Assembly: GCF_001194135.2 (NCBI RefSeq)
Contig: NC_068984.1
Span: 41,955,349-42,009,262, forward strand
Length of the DNA: 53,914 bases
Direction of reading: 5' to 3'
Source: Octopus bimaculoides
Lineage: Eukaryota
Below, piece by piece: positions 1 to 10,979 of this stretch. The stretch's first letter is position 1; every line of letters starts with the position of its first letter. The position numbers were made by a program, and so were the translations under genes. The notes under the pieces were generated by a model. The model was not told where the DNA came from. It searched no databases and saw only the letters and a program-made list of their open reading frames with translations.

Positions 1-478
1 TCACAAGTATGGAAGTAAATAGTGAAGCCGTTTTCACGTGATAAGCGATTACACACACATCTCTGTTTTATATATAGTATAGATAAATCGAAATGTTACA
101 AAGTTTCGCTGTAGGTGAAATAAAAATGGAAATACTTTCTTTTTATGCAACTAAAGTGCAAAAAAACGAGAAGAAATTAGGTAGTCTCCTGACATGTTGG
201 TTTAAAATTAGTTGACCGCTCCGTAAAGACGGCGTATAAGGCTTCCTTGCCTATTCAAGCGCCCAGATCAACTGCTATATAATGCAATCATAAAGTAGGC
301 TGAGCATTCAAAAGCACAAGAATGCAAATTAAGCTACCCTTCACGGTGTTTACATTCTTATTTCACCTACAGTAAATCTTTGTAATTTTGAATTTATTTC
401 TATTCTTCTGATTTATGTTGTTTTGTGCATAAAATAGATACTGCATTGCATTGGATGATTGGCAAAATCATAACTTAC

Positions 479-601
479 ATTGAATGTTTTCTATCTGATC
501 GCTTTTTTTTATAATTGAGTATTTTGATCATATTAACTCTAGTATCTTCTTTGTTTTGTCGATATGGGCTTTCGGAGTCTTTTACATGTTGTATGCTTAA
601 A
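479..601 (-). CDS. WDR64: WDR64 exon (LSIQHVKDSESPYRQNKEDTRVNMIKILNYKKKRSDRKHS)
   Basis: tcttttccag acceptor, AT|gtaagt donor, phase 2 to 2, compatible with the previous exon; homology is weak. Confidence 0.68.
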
Positions 602-1947
602 CTGGAAAAGATCGATATAAAATAATGTTAGTTGGATTAGTCAAATGTATATCGCCAAATCTATTGGGTACTTAAGGTGAATCCGACCCAAGACAATAGT
701 CTAGTGACCATAGCTATAAGTGAACAATATGTGACTAAATCTCAACATTAAAAGCAGAGTCAACACTAAAACTGACGAGTGTTTCGTCAGTTTGTTGTAA
801 CGAATTCTTTTCCACCAACGGATTTAGCTCAGAAGAATAGGCATCACCTAGACCTCTACATGAAGATGAACACAGTTAGGTATACTATGCTCTATTGCTG
901 ACCTTTCATCGTAGGTCATTACAGTTGCCTGTCGCTCTTCCAGAAATAATTTAACAATTTTTAACATTTTTCAAGGTTTTTATTTACTTCCCTCGCACCA
1001 TCTTACAAGCTCTATCTTTGTGTACACATTTATTTTATAGTGGAATTGTCTTATCCGTCCTGCCTTCTCACTTCACACTCAATTAATTTGACCTAACCCT
1101 CACCAACTCCCTTCCAGTTCAACTGAATTGATTTCTGGAACAAACTTTTAGCACTCCTCCTACATCACTCATCTCCCACGTTACATATACTTTAATTTTT
1201 TCCTTCACTCTACATACCTATTACTCCACGCTATTCATTCACTTTTTGCTTTTCCTACTTGCCTTTTGAGACCGTTGTATTAGACCTTGTTTTATTTTCT
1301 TCGAAGACAAGTGCCCAAAACTTTGTATTTTCACTCCTCAAGGTAAATGAATTCACTCTAATGTATTTTTTCTCAGGAAACAGGATTTGGAAGCTATACT
1401 TTTGTGCGTGACTACGCATTTTGTCGTCAACAGCCTGAAAATAGCACGTGTTGTCAATATTTGTAAACAACACGTGTTATGTCTCCGGTAATTTTCTTTC
1501 ATGTAAATAAATGTTCATGTTGATTTAAAAGATTTATCCAAAAAATCTTTTTTAGTACACAACACAACCACCTCAATGCCCAATGACAAAAAGTAACGAG
1601 TAAACAAACATGTAAGCATTCAATATGCATTTGATGCAAACGCTATAAACAACACGTTACATGCGATAAACACATTGCAATTTTTAACACAAAGATGTAG
1701 ACATATGTTATATATGAAAATAAGAGTGAACAATATATGCTTAAAAAACAAACATTTAAGCATAAAAAACAAACATCTAACTTTCAGTTTTAATTTTTAA
1801 AATATCTTCCTCTGTTTTCAATGTTTCCATAGTAGAAGCGAAGTTACTGGAGCTTGCTGCCATAATCGCACAGAACACAGCATCAAATTTGTCAACACGT
1901 GCTTCCTCGTAGATAAAAGACTTTTCAAAGACTGCTCGGATTCGCTT

Positions 1948-1961
1948 GTTACTATGGCAAC
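1948..1961. promoter_or_regulatory. RFX X-box (GTTACTATGGCAAC) inside a WDR64 intron
   Basis: Exact fit to the GTYNYY-AT-RGNAAC consensus; CCAAT at 2041-2045 (minus) and CACGTG near 1896. Confidence 0.5.
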
Positions 1962-2439
1962 AAGCATGTTGAGAGGCAAAAGAGTTTTCGTGTTCCGCTT
2001 CTTACTATCGAAACAAACATGAATGTGTCTGTGGCTTACCATTGGCTAAAATTACCAAAATTTTCAAACCATAATTGCTAATAACTCTTTATAGCAATAA
2101 TTACTTTCACGTTATTTATTAGCCTATAAAAGTGTATCATTACACTGAATATGACATCAATTCGAACAGAATTGATACTGGCAGCTAAACCGATAAGACC
2201 TGGAGAATTTTCTGATTTACACAACAACCGATAATATGTATAAAAAATGTTTAACCTTATTTACAAATAATGTTCTTTGTGTAAAAGGGAGAGATTAGTT
2301 GATTGAATTAAACAATATTTTCCTGTAATTTACATTACGGATAATGAAAAAGTGAAATGTGAATGTTATCCTTATGGAATTTAAACCACACAAATAACAG
2401 CAACAAAAGTAACTGGGGAATATAATAAAATTTACATAC

Positions 2440-2648
2440 ATTGCTTTCACATTTGTTGATACAATGTCCCATATAACACAGTTACCATTGTTGTAACCTA
2501 GCACGATTACATCTGGAGACAGAAGGCTTAAACAAGATATTTCGATAGAATTCTCGGGGTAAGATGTTTGGTGTTTCGACATTTCGGGAGAGTTCAGGTC
2601 GTGAGTTGTTTGATAAGATTGTTCGACGCTGATTTGGTTGTTAGGTAT
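2440..2648 (-). CDS. WDR64: WDR64 exon (IPNNQISVEQ...EISCLSLLSPDVIVLGYNNGNCVIWDIVSTNVKA)
   Basis: acatatgtag acceptor (weak), AT|gtatgt donor, phase 0 to 2; WD-type GNCVIWD. Confidence 0.8.
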
Positions 2649-4761
2649 CTACATATGTAATATCCATGTTGATATGAAAATAGAGCAGAATATATTTTGC
2701 TTACTTTCAATTGAAAATTCATTTATATGAACATTCCGCCAATAAACATATGTCAAAAGTGAAGTATTAGTCAACTATTAAAATCGATTTAATCAACAAA
2801 AACATCCCCACCAAATCTGAGGCCTTGCAGCAATATCTGAATTCAATCATTTTCAAGGATAACCTTTCATAATTAGGGCCTGGTAAATAGGTACCTATCA
2901 AATATTGCGATCGATTCTAATCGCCTATATTCTTCTCCAACATTTCCGTCAGTCTACCTGTTAGGCATTAATAATTGTCAAAGAAAATTCAATGGAGTAA
3001 TAGATTGTCAGAGAAATTGTTTGATTCCATTTGATTACGTTCTTTTACGATTTGTATTCAAGTCTCACCTAGAAGAGGGCTTTGATCTTTTTTAAGCCTT
3101 GCGGCTCGATAAATTGAGCTGTAGTCAAGTCCTGGCTTCGCTTCAATCGGATTTTCCCTACCAACAAAATGCATGGACTTGAGCTTATGATCTTAATCAA
3201 TTAAGGAAACAAAGTGGAGCGGTAGAATCTGTAGAATGGTGGACAAAGTGTCTTGCAAATTTTGGTTTCACCCCTTTATGTCATGAGTTCAAATCAATCA
3301 TGAGTCAATAAAGCAAGTTGCATACGTATACTGAAATCGATTCAATCAACTACAAACATTACCTTATCGCCCAGGCCTTGTTACAGTGTATGTGCAGTGC
3401 ATAATAGACATTTGCAATTATATTTTAGCGAACCATAAATGAAAGACAACCTAACGTAATGGTACACTGTATGTGTCAAATTTTAACTTTCTCCTGTCTC
3501 TTTCAGATGTATAAACGGTATCAGCATGGTAGTTACGAGGATAGGGAAGGACTAAGCAGTGATGTGTATAAATACAAGGTTATTACCAGTACAAATATGC
3601 TTGGGACAAATTCGCTATTTGTCTACTGCGAGAAATTTTCTCCATGGCAAAACACAATGAGTTGTTTTCTTTCGGGTTTGAATTTGCCCCAAGTATATTT
3701 GAACTGGTAATAACTTTTCATTCAACATGGTAGTGTCTGAACGGATAAAAAGAAAGAAAAAAGCAAAGGTCAATTTGGCTGTGGTTCTAGTCGCCAACCA
3801 TAGTGACCCGCAGACCTCCAGATTCTTGAATCCGTAATCCAGCCGTTTTTAAGACGGTCGAGCTGAGACACTAGGTCCAGAACATTATAGACGACTATCC
3901 CTGTAGAGCTTGGAGGAGGAGTCTATTATCAGGCATATGGTGCACGAAGACATTCAGCACATGTCGTATGGGATGAGGAAAGAATGATCGTGTATGGTAA
4001 ATCTGGAAGAATCATGAGATCATGTGACCCTAACAATTTTTTGGCTTCCTAGCACTCTTCATTTGAACACCGTAGGCTTTGTATCTGGGTTGACATCGGC
4101 AGGGGGAACCGACAAGCATCCCCACCATATTAAGGGCTTGATGGGAATGTCATCTTTGGCGTGGTGGATGTCATGAGCGTCGGTCACCTGTTTCTGACTT
4201 GTAATCGATTCCGTGGTCGCAGCAGGAATGATATTAGGAATTAGGGCAGTTTCCTTAAATACCTTGTTTCTATGACGTAAAGATGTTTTTAACCATATAC
4301 ATTTCTTTCTCTCCCCTTCTCATCCTCCTCCTAAAATGATACCAACTAATCGAAATTTTTAGAAAATAAAGACAGCACAGGAAGGTGTGATCTTGCTTTT
4401 AACAGTATCACAGGTGAAAGCTACAGACATGTTTCAGTTTTGTTTGATCTCATCAGCGAAGCATGATTGTCTATTTTCATTATGTATGTATGTATGTATG
4501 CATGTATTCATTTTTCGTATGGTATTTAGGTATTGATTTAAATTCCGTCATAGTCTTTTAAGCTAAACAGTGACAGCAGAAATAAGTACCATTCTCGGTA
4601 CTAGGGTTGATGTAACCAACAAACGGTACCACTGCAAAACTACAGTCTAATTACGAACACGTGTAAATAGAAAGCATGACCCATACCTGAGTATTGTTTG
4701 AAGTCGAAAGAATTTTGATTAAATGTTTATGGTCGAAGATATCTAAAAGTTCTTGACTTAC

Positions 4762-4800
4762 TTCTTTCAGTATGAGCAGTTGATTTGAATCAGAGGAATC
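4762..4800 (-). CDS. WDR64: WDR64 39-nt exon (DSSDSNQLLILKE)
   Basis: atattttctag acceptor, GAA|gtaagt donor, phase 0 to 0. Confidence 0.78.
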
Positions 4801-5112
4801 CTAGAAAATATTACAAAATACCAAACTTAAATAAGCAGTTAATTCAAGAAGTACTAACTACTTTATGTTTAAAAGAAAGAAAATTAATTTTACATTCCAG
4901 TCTAATATTATTACGAGTTTATATAATGGGGGACTTATTGAAGTACTTGTACTATATTCTTGACAATGATAGCAGGTGATTCGTTTAAGGTATTTCATTA
5001 GCTTTATTATTATCTTTTGTATTAAGCCTATGGAGAAGGGTGGGTGGAATTAGCTGTATTAAGTAATCATAGATAACTGTAAAATCATTATATATATATA
5101 TATATATATATA

Positions 5113-5597
5113 TGATTAATAAGAGAGACGGAAAATGGAAAATACGAGCATCTTAGTTATCATTACAATTGTTTCGACCCACCCAGTACCGATCCCTTGC
5201 GGGTCGGATACTGAACATCTGGCTTAAGTATATCCGTTGGTGTAGATGTGATTTTAAGAGGTATTTCGTTAAAATGCTTTTTTTTTGTTGTACTGTGTAT
5301 TTGTTTTTTGTTTTTTTGCATCTGATATTTGTTATGGATCTTCCATAAGTATGAAACTGTATACCTGAATTTGCCATTTAGATATACGAAGACTCTGACG
5401 ATATCTTGCGGAACAGTGTTTATTTTAGCGAGATACCTCTTGAAATCACCTGAGGAGACACATCTACATCAGCGGATACATCTAAATCAGATGTGAAGTA
5501 TCCTACCCGCGAGGGATCGATGCTAGATGAGTCGAAACAATTGTAGTGATAAATAAAGATGTTCGTGTCTTCCATCTTCCGTCTCTCTCATTAATCA
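5113..5597. mobile_element. Fold-back/MITE-like element next to (TA)n
   Basis: About 160-bp imperfect inverted arms, 5115-5278 versus 5422-5597. Confidence 0.75.
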
Positions 5598-5786
5598 AAT
5601 ACCCAACGAACACTAAGCCAGTGCACATGCTTTACTGGCAAACTACCAGATTTATACTATACGATTTCTTAACTGTGTATGTGTGTGCGTGATGCAACGA
5701 ACTACATCAGAATCATGTTTACAAAGATCTACTCCTGCTGTGATAACGATTAAAAAATCAAATGTTCTACTCTACATGTAACTTAC

Positions 5787-5950
5787 CAATATTATTTTCA
5801 CTTTGTTGTTCCACCCCAAAGCAATAATCAGTCTTTCACTTGATTTCATAAAATACTTCATCGTTAACACACTCATGCTTTTGCTAGAAGCAACACAGGG
5901 CATCCGCTTACACCATTTTCCAGATCCAATGTCCCAAATGAGAAGTGACC
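5787..5950 (-). CDS. WDR64: WDR64 exon (GSLLIWDIGSGKWCKRMPCVASSKSMSVLTMKYFMKSSERLIIALGWNNKVKIIL)
   Basis: gtcacttaacag acceptor, TTG|gtaagt donor, phase 1 to 0. Confidence 0.92.
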
Positions 5951-6092
5951 CTGTTAAGTGACAAACTAAATTGAATTCATCAATTGAAATTATATAATAG
6001 TGACTGCTTAGAGTTTAAAAATTCAAAAGCTAAATGAATTTCTTTATGCGTAAGTTAAGAAACGGTGATGCGTGAAAATTCTGTATGTATGA

Positions 6093-6381
6093 TTATAAGC
6101 TTATGTGTTCACCGTATTTTGACTATAGAAAATAATCTAATATTAGGACATATAAGTCCTCGACAGAAAAAAAAAAACGGATATTACTACGTGTGGGAAT
6201 CGAACCCGCCCCTCTTATATTCGCAATAATATATTCGCGATCAGCACACTTATCGCAAATGTAAGAAGTGTGGGCTCGATTCCCACGCATTCTAATACCC
6301 ATTTCTTCCCATCGAGGGCTTATATGCCTCAATATTAGACTATTTTCTATAGCCAATATACGGTGAACATTTATAAGCTTA
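6093..6381. mobile_element. Palindromic element with two inverted tRNA T-arm/B-box motifs
   Basis: Whole-length imperfect palindrome centred near 6240; GCGGGTTCGATTCCCAC (minus) and GTGGGCTCGATTCCCAC (plus). Confidence 0.75.
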
Positions 6382-7588
6382 AAGCTTATAATTATATTCA
6401 GTGTTTCATTTATGTGTTGGAATACGATACATAAGAAATACCTGAGAGGATGAGACTGTATGAGGTGTAATGCTCAAGAGGTATTGGCCATTGTAAACGA
6501 TTTGACGTTTCTCTGAGTGTTGGTACATGTTCCAAGTGGGGGGGGGGGGGAGCTCTCAGGTTTCGGCAAGAGTTACGTGCAAAAGATTAGTCTCTTCGTT
6601 AGAAGACAGATTTGATTTCTATCTGTTTCACGCTGCCAAAACTAAGGTATAGTATCTTTCGATCTTTGTTTTAAGAATGAAAGAATTAATTATTGAACGA
6701 CAATAATCCTAAAGCCTTTAGTGATGTCTTTATAAATCAAAGTTAAAATGCAACCGAAATCATTCATTTATACTGTGTTCGTTACAGATATTTCATTTCT
6801 GGTATAATTACATATCATCCACTGACAGCACGAGTTTACTGAAGGTGATCGGTTAATACTAGGTTTTTTATACACGAGGGAAATAGAGAGTATTGAAAAA
6901 CTACTTATTGATTAGTCAAGAGTTCGTGCTAACTTCAAACGGTTCAATTGTGAATGGGTTGTTGGTCAGCACCAATAGTTTTATTTTCATGTATCTATCC
7001 CTTTACTCTCGAGACTAATATAGTCGGAAATGTAGGTAAGTGGAAGAAGTGAAGTTCAACAGCTCATACGAGTATCAAATCTGTATGAGATACCCATTTT
7101 AGTATTGTTCTACTGTGCCTATAATACTCGATGTAAACAAAAATCATAAAGTAAAAATATTAATTGAAAGAGATATTTGGTGTTGTTTATGTTGCTGCTA
7201 CCGTGGGTGTTTATACTGTAATTGAAAGCGCTTCATGCTTCTACAATCCAAACTGCTCTGTAGACTCCATAGAAATTACACGTATTCGTTACATTCTAGT
7301 TTCTAACAACATCAGCATCTTCAATAACAACGTAATCATCAATAACAACATAATTATCACGAAATCAGATTCGAATCCACACATTCCCCAAGTTACAAAT
7401 TTAACCAATGAGTATTAGTGATGTGTATTAAAATGGTTAAAACTAGAAATCGGAATCAAATCTGTTCTTCATCATTAGCAGCTGCATCCGCAGCAGCAGC
7501 AGCACTATTATGTTATAAAACTTTTTATCGGGGTCAAAACAGTGCACATTTTCTATAGATCTAGAACCAGAAAACGTCTCCCTCTTAC

Positions 7589-7712
7589 CGTCAAAAGCTC
7601 CACTTGCTAATCTGTATCCTGAATCTTCTACAGCCAGACTTGTAATTTCAATATTTAGTCCGTGAGCATTTGCAATTTGATAAACTAAATCTCCTGTTTC
7701 AAATTCCCAAAC
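7589..7712 (-). CDS. WDR64: WDR64 exon (VWEFETGDLVYQIANAHGLNIEITSLAVEDSGYRLASGAFD)
   Basis: tttgtttcgaaaag acceptor, G|gtaaga donor, phase 0 to 1. Confidence 0.93.
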
Positions 7713-8225
7713 CTTTTCGAAACAAATATGTAAAAGAGAAAGAAAAGATGGGAGATAGTCTTAGATGTAAACAAACCAGAAATTGAACATATTCCTTTAC
7801 AGATGTGTGTTAAAAAACAACGGTTTTTAAATGACGCTTTGATACAATTTTCTTATAGTTATTTCAAAGGATGAGGGTACCCCTCTTTCTCACTCAGTGT
7901 ACAAAGTTTCGGTTATTCTAAATTCAGAAATTCAATTAGAATGTTTTTATCGGATGAATTTTGCTGAAAGCACCCAGTGTCGAGTGGGGGCATTAAATCG
8001 GATGACAAATTAGGTCTACCATCCAGCAGAAGATATAATATGGTTGAAAGAAAAGGGGTAGGCGNNNNNNNNNNNNNNNNNNNNNNNNNNNNNNNNNNNN
8101 NNNNNNNNNNNNNNNNNNNNNNNNNNNNAAATGGACGAAATATTACTAAACATGCTGGCCGGCGTACTAACATTTCTGCCGACTCACCGCCTCTCTGGTT
8201 AGTCGTAATATTCTTTTTTATTGTA

Positions 8226-8468
8226 TGTACAAGGTCTGAAATTTTGTGGGAAAGAGCTAAAGTGCAAAACTGGTACTTATTTTATCGACCTCGGAAGAAT
8301 TTGCGCTCAGAACGTAAAGAGGTGGGTAAGTCGATTACATCAACCCCAGGGCGCAACTAGTACTTATTTTATCGACTCTGATGAAAGGTGAATTCGACCT
8401 TGGCGGAATTTGAACTCAGAACGTAAGGACGGACGAAATGCCGATAAGGATTATGTCCGGCGTGCTGG
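8226..8468 (-). mobile_element. tRNA-derived SINE family 1 (rearranged or partly duplicated copy)
   Basis: Shares the core ttctgagttcaaattccgcc.aggtcgac...atcgac...aagtacc with the copies at 24605, 29140, 30985 and 43370. Confidence 0.8.
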
Positions 8469-10124
8469 TTTCTTTATTTGAGCACTCAGACTCGACATAG
8501 ATGGGACGATACACGGACAGACAAAACAGCACAGTGGAGATATAAAACATAGAACGAATGAATGATAAATGAATTATAATAATGGAAATGAGATGTCTTA
8601 CCTGCTCCCCACTTGCAGGCAGTGTCATTCAACTGTTTATGGATAACGTTTAAAAATCAGTTCATTTTTCTTTTTGCCTCTTTTTAAAAGTCACTATTTA
8701 AAAACTTTTTACTTTCCTTTTTTTCACGCTAGATACTGCGTCAATTCGTCGAATTCCACCACTGGTGGCAATTCATCAAATTGAACCTGTATTGACGTTA
8801 TCTATATTTTGTCTCCAAACAGTTCTTTTAATTTCTCGTCTCTCGCTCTATCAAGCAAGATTGCTTTGGAGTTTTCATTGAACTCTTTCGGCGGCAATTT
8901 CACCCTAATTACAGATTTTATTTTGGTAACCTTTGTTCAATTTCGACATTTTTTGTATATTCTAACATATTCCATATATGTTTCCCCTTCTTTAATCCTT
9001 CCTGTCTTCCATTATTGGTCTCCTCCGATGTTACTGGTATTGATACCTCTTTTTTCTCTATCGCTTTTTCAATCAATGCTGATGGCATCTCCCGTTTTTC
9101 TTTCTTTTGCTTCTGCAACTTCACTTTCTCCTCCGCGCTGGTTTCCCTCGGTGTTGCTGGTCCCTCACACTGAGCCTCCTCTGCATTTTCTTTTCTCTTT
9201 TTTAGCGAACTTTTTGGTGGTGAGTCCACGTTTCCTTCTCTCTTCTTTCTCTTCACCACCGTATACTTTTCCACCACATTTTCTGTACTCTTTTCGCCGA
9301 TTAGCTTTTGCACCTCAACCACTCTTAATCTCACTTCCTCCGGCAGTATGACCTCTTCTGCAATTTTATATAAATCCTGTAAACTGACCTGGACCACTAC
9401 CTCGAGGCCGTGTCCCTACAGTTTACCTCAGTCGTTCTTGTTACTTTCAAAACTTTAGCTTCCTCTTCTCAGTCTCAGAGGGCACTCTGCCGATCCTCAC
9501 TCTGGCCACATGTTTGCCACAGTAGATCAGCAGAAGTGTCCATTCTGGTGTTCTCAGCGCCACAGTGGAGTGGTTCATCGCTTCTTGTTCATTTGCGAAT
9601 CTTACCTCCACTGTGCCGTACTTTTTCCCTCTTGTACAAAAAGTTGTGAGGCTCTTCATCTCTTTTAGGCACTCTTCTATCGTCTCCACTGTGGCTATTT
9701 CAATTTTCTTTGTCATCAGGAGCAGGGTTCTGTATACCACTGTCCGCTTCATGATATTTGTTGTAAATCCTTCTGGTGGTGCTAACTTTAAGCTGGCACC
9801 ATCCTTTTCCAAAAGTTTGTTGAATTCTTTCAATCTTTTCGGTCCATTTTAATTTCTCGCACTTGCAACACATCCGCAGTTAAATTCCTTCCAATGGCTG
9901 CCGCATAACTGCCGGCTGGAACTTGTTCTTTCACCATACTTTCTCCTACTTCACCCATAAATGGGGAGGAAAACAAATATAATATACACAAAAAAAAAAA
10001 AAACAGTAGCAAGTAGTTAAAAAATTCAACGATAACACTCAACAATAAGTTCACCTTGCGTAGACCTTCAACAATTAAATAAATCCAATTGAATAACTTG
10101 GTCACAAAAAAAAACGCGACTCTT
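8468..10124 (-). mobile_element. Single-ORF ORF1/gag-like non-autonomous retroelement, copy 1 (degraded ORF about 9958 to 8724)
   Basis: Frameshifted ORF with SYAAA, an RRM-like segment (RGKKYGTVEVRF), a K/E-rich linker and a C-terminal domain; AATAAA at the 3' end; homologous to 21662-23070. Confidence 0.75.
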
Positions 10125-10208
10125 TCGCCCAGCTTGCTAACGCTTCTGCCAGCTTGCCGAAATATTAATCACAATAATATTCAAATTGTCTGGTCATGAT
10201 ATACTTAC

Positions 10209-10268
10209 CTTCAGAACCGACTCGTTACATACTGTTATAACTTGGTTCAGTTCAGAATTGTATAAAAC
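10209..10268 (-). CDS. WDR64: WDR64 exon (VLYNSELNQVITVCNESVLK)
   Basis: catatttataag acceptor, AAG|gtaagt donor, phase 0 to 0. Confidence 0.92.
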
Positions 10269-10905
10269 CTTATAAATATGAAAAAAAAAAAAGACAATAT
10301 ATCAGTTCAAATTTTATCAGGACATCTTAACATGTTAACCACATAGCTCTAAAAATAAATATGTAAATATATAGTTGATTACAAGTATGTTTTATTCTTT
10401 CTATGAGAGAGAAATAAAGAAAAATATACGGAGAGAGATAAATGTCTTCTGTCTCCCATCTCAAATATTAGAAATATACATGTAGACATTTCTCCCTGCC
10501 TACAGCTCATATCTATAAAATAATGAAATAAGAAAACCCACCAGCTCTATAATACATACGGAATGAGGAAATATTCATTACCCATCTATTTAATTCTACA
10601 AAATTTCAGACAAATATATATGTCCAATGAGCCATTAGATCAAATGAACGGATCAATGTTCACTTAACACGCCCTCATTATATAAAATATATAAGAAATA
10701 GTTACTTGCAGCATTTTATTCTGAGGACCATAAGTCTAACACCAATATATATATATATATATATACATATACATAATACATACATACATACATATATATA
10801 TATAGAGATATATAGGGCAGGAAATCGTCAATTAGTAATAAAATTAATAATTAACCACTTTGCCGAGTAGCTCAGTATGAAAAAACCTTTATCGGTAAAA
10901 CCATT

Positions 10906-10979
10906 TATAATCATAAATATACAGGGATTAGCAGTTGGAGAAGCAGGCTTCTGCTAATCCCTGTATATTTATGATTATA
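10906..10979. repeat. Perfect 29-bp inverted repeat with 16-nt loop abutting (TA)n
   Basis: tataatcataaatatacagggattagcag (10906-10934) is the exact reverse complement of 10951-10979. Confidence 0.9.

Noticed and set aside
105-375. Short inverted repeat tatttcacctacag (109-122/359-372) as MITE termini
   Set aside because: Only about 14-20 bp of similarity, with no TSD or second copy in the window.
1818-2042. 74-aa ORF as the next WDR64 exon
   Set aside because: No WD40 similarity and no good donor; the exon at 479-601 continues the phase directly.
8809-9852. Plus-strand ORFs (180, 79 and 95 aa)
   Set aside because: Antisense shadows of the minus-strand ORF1-like element.
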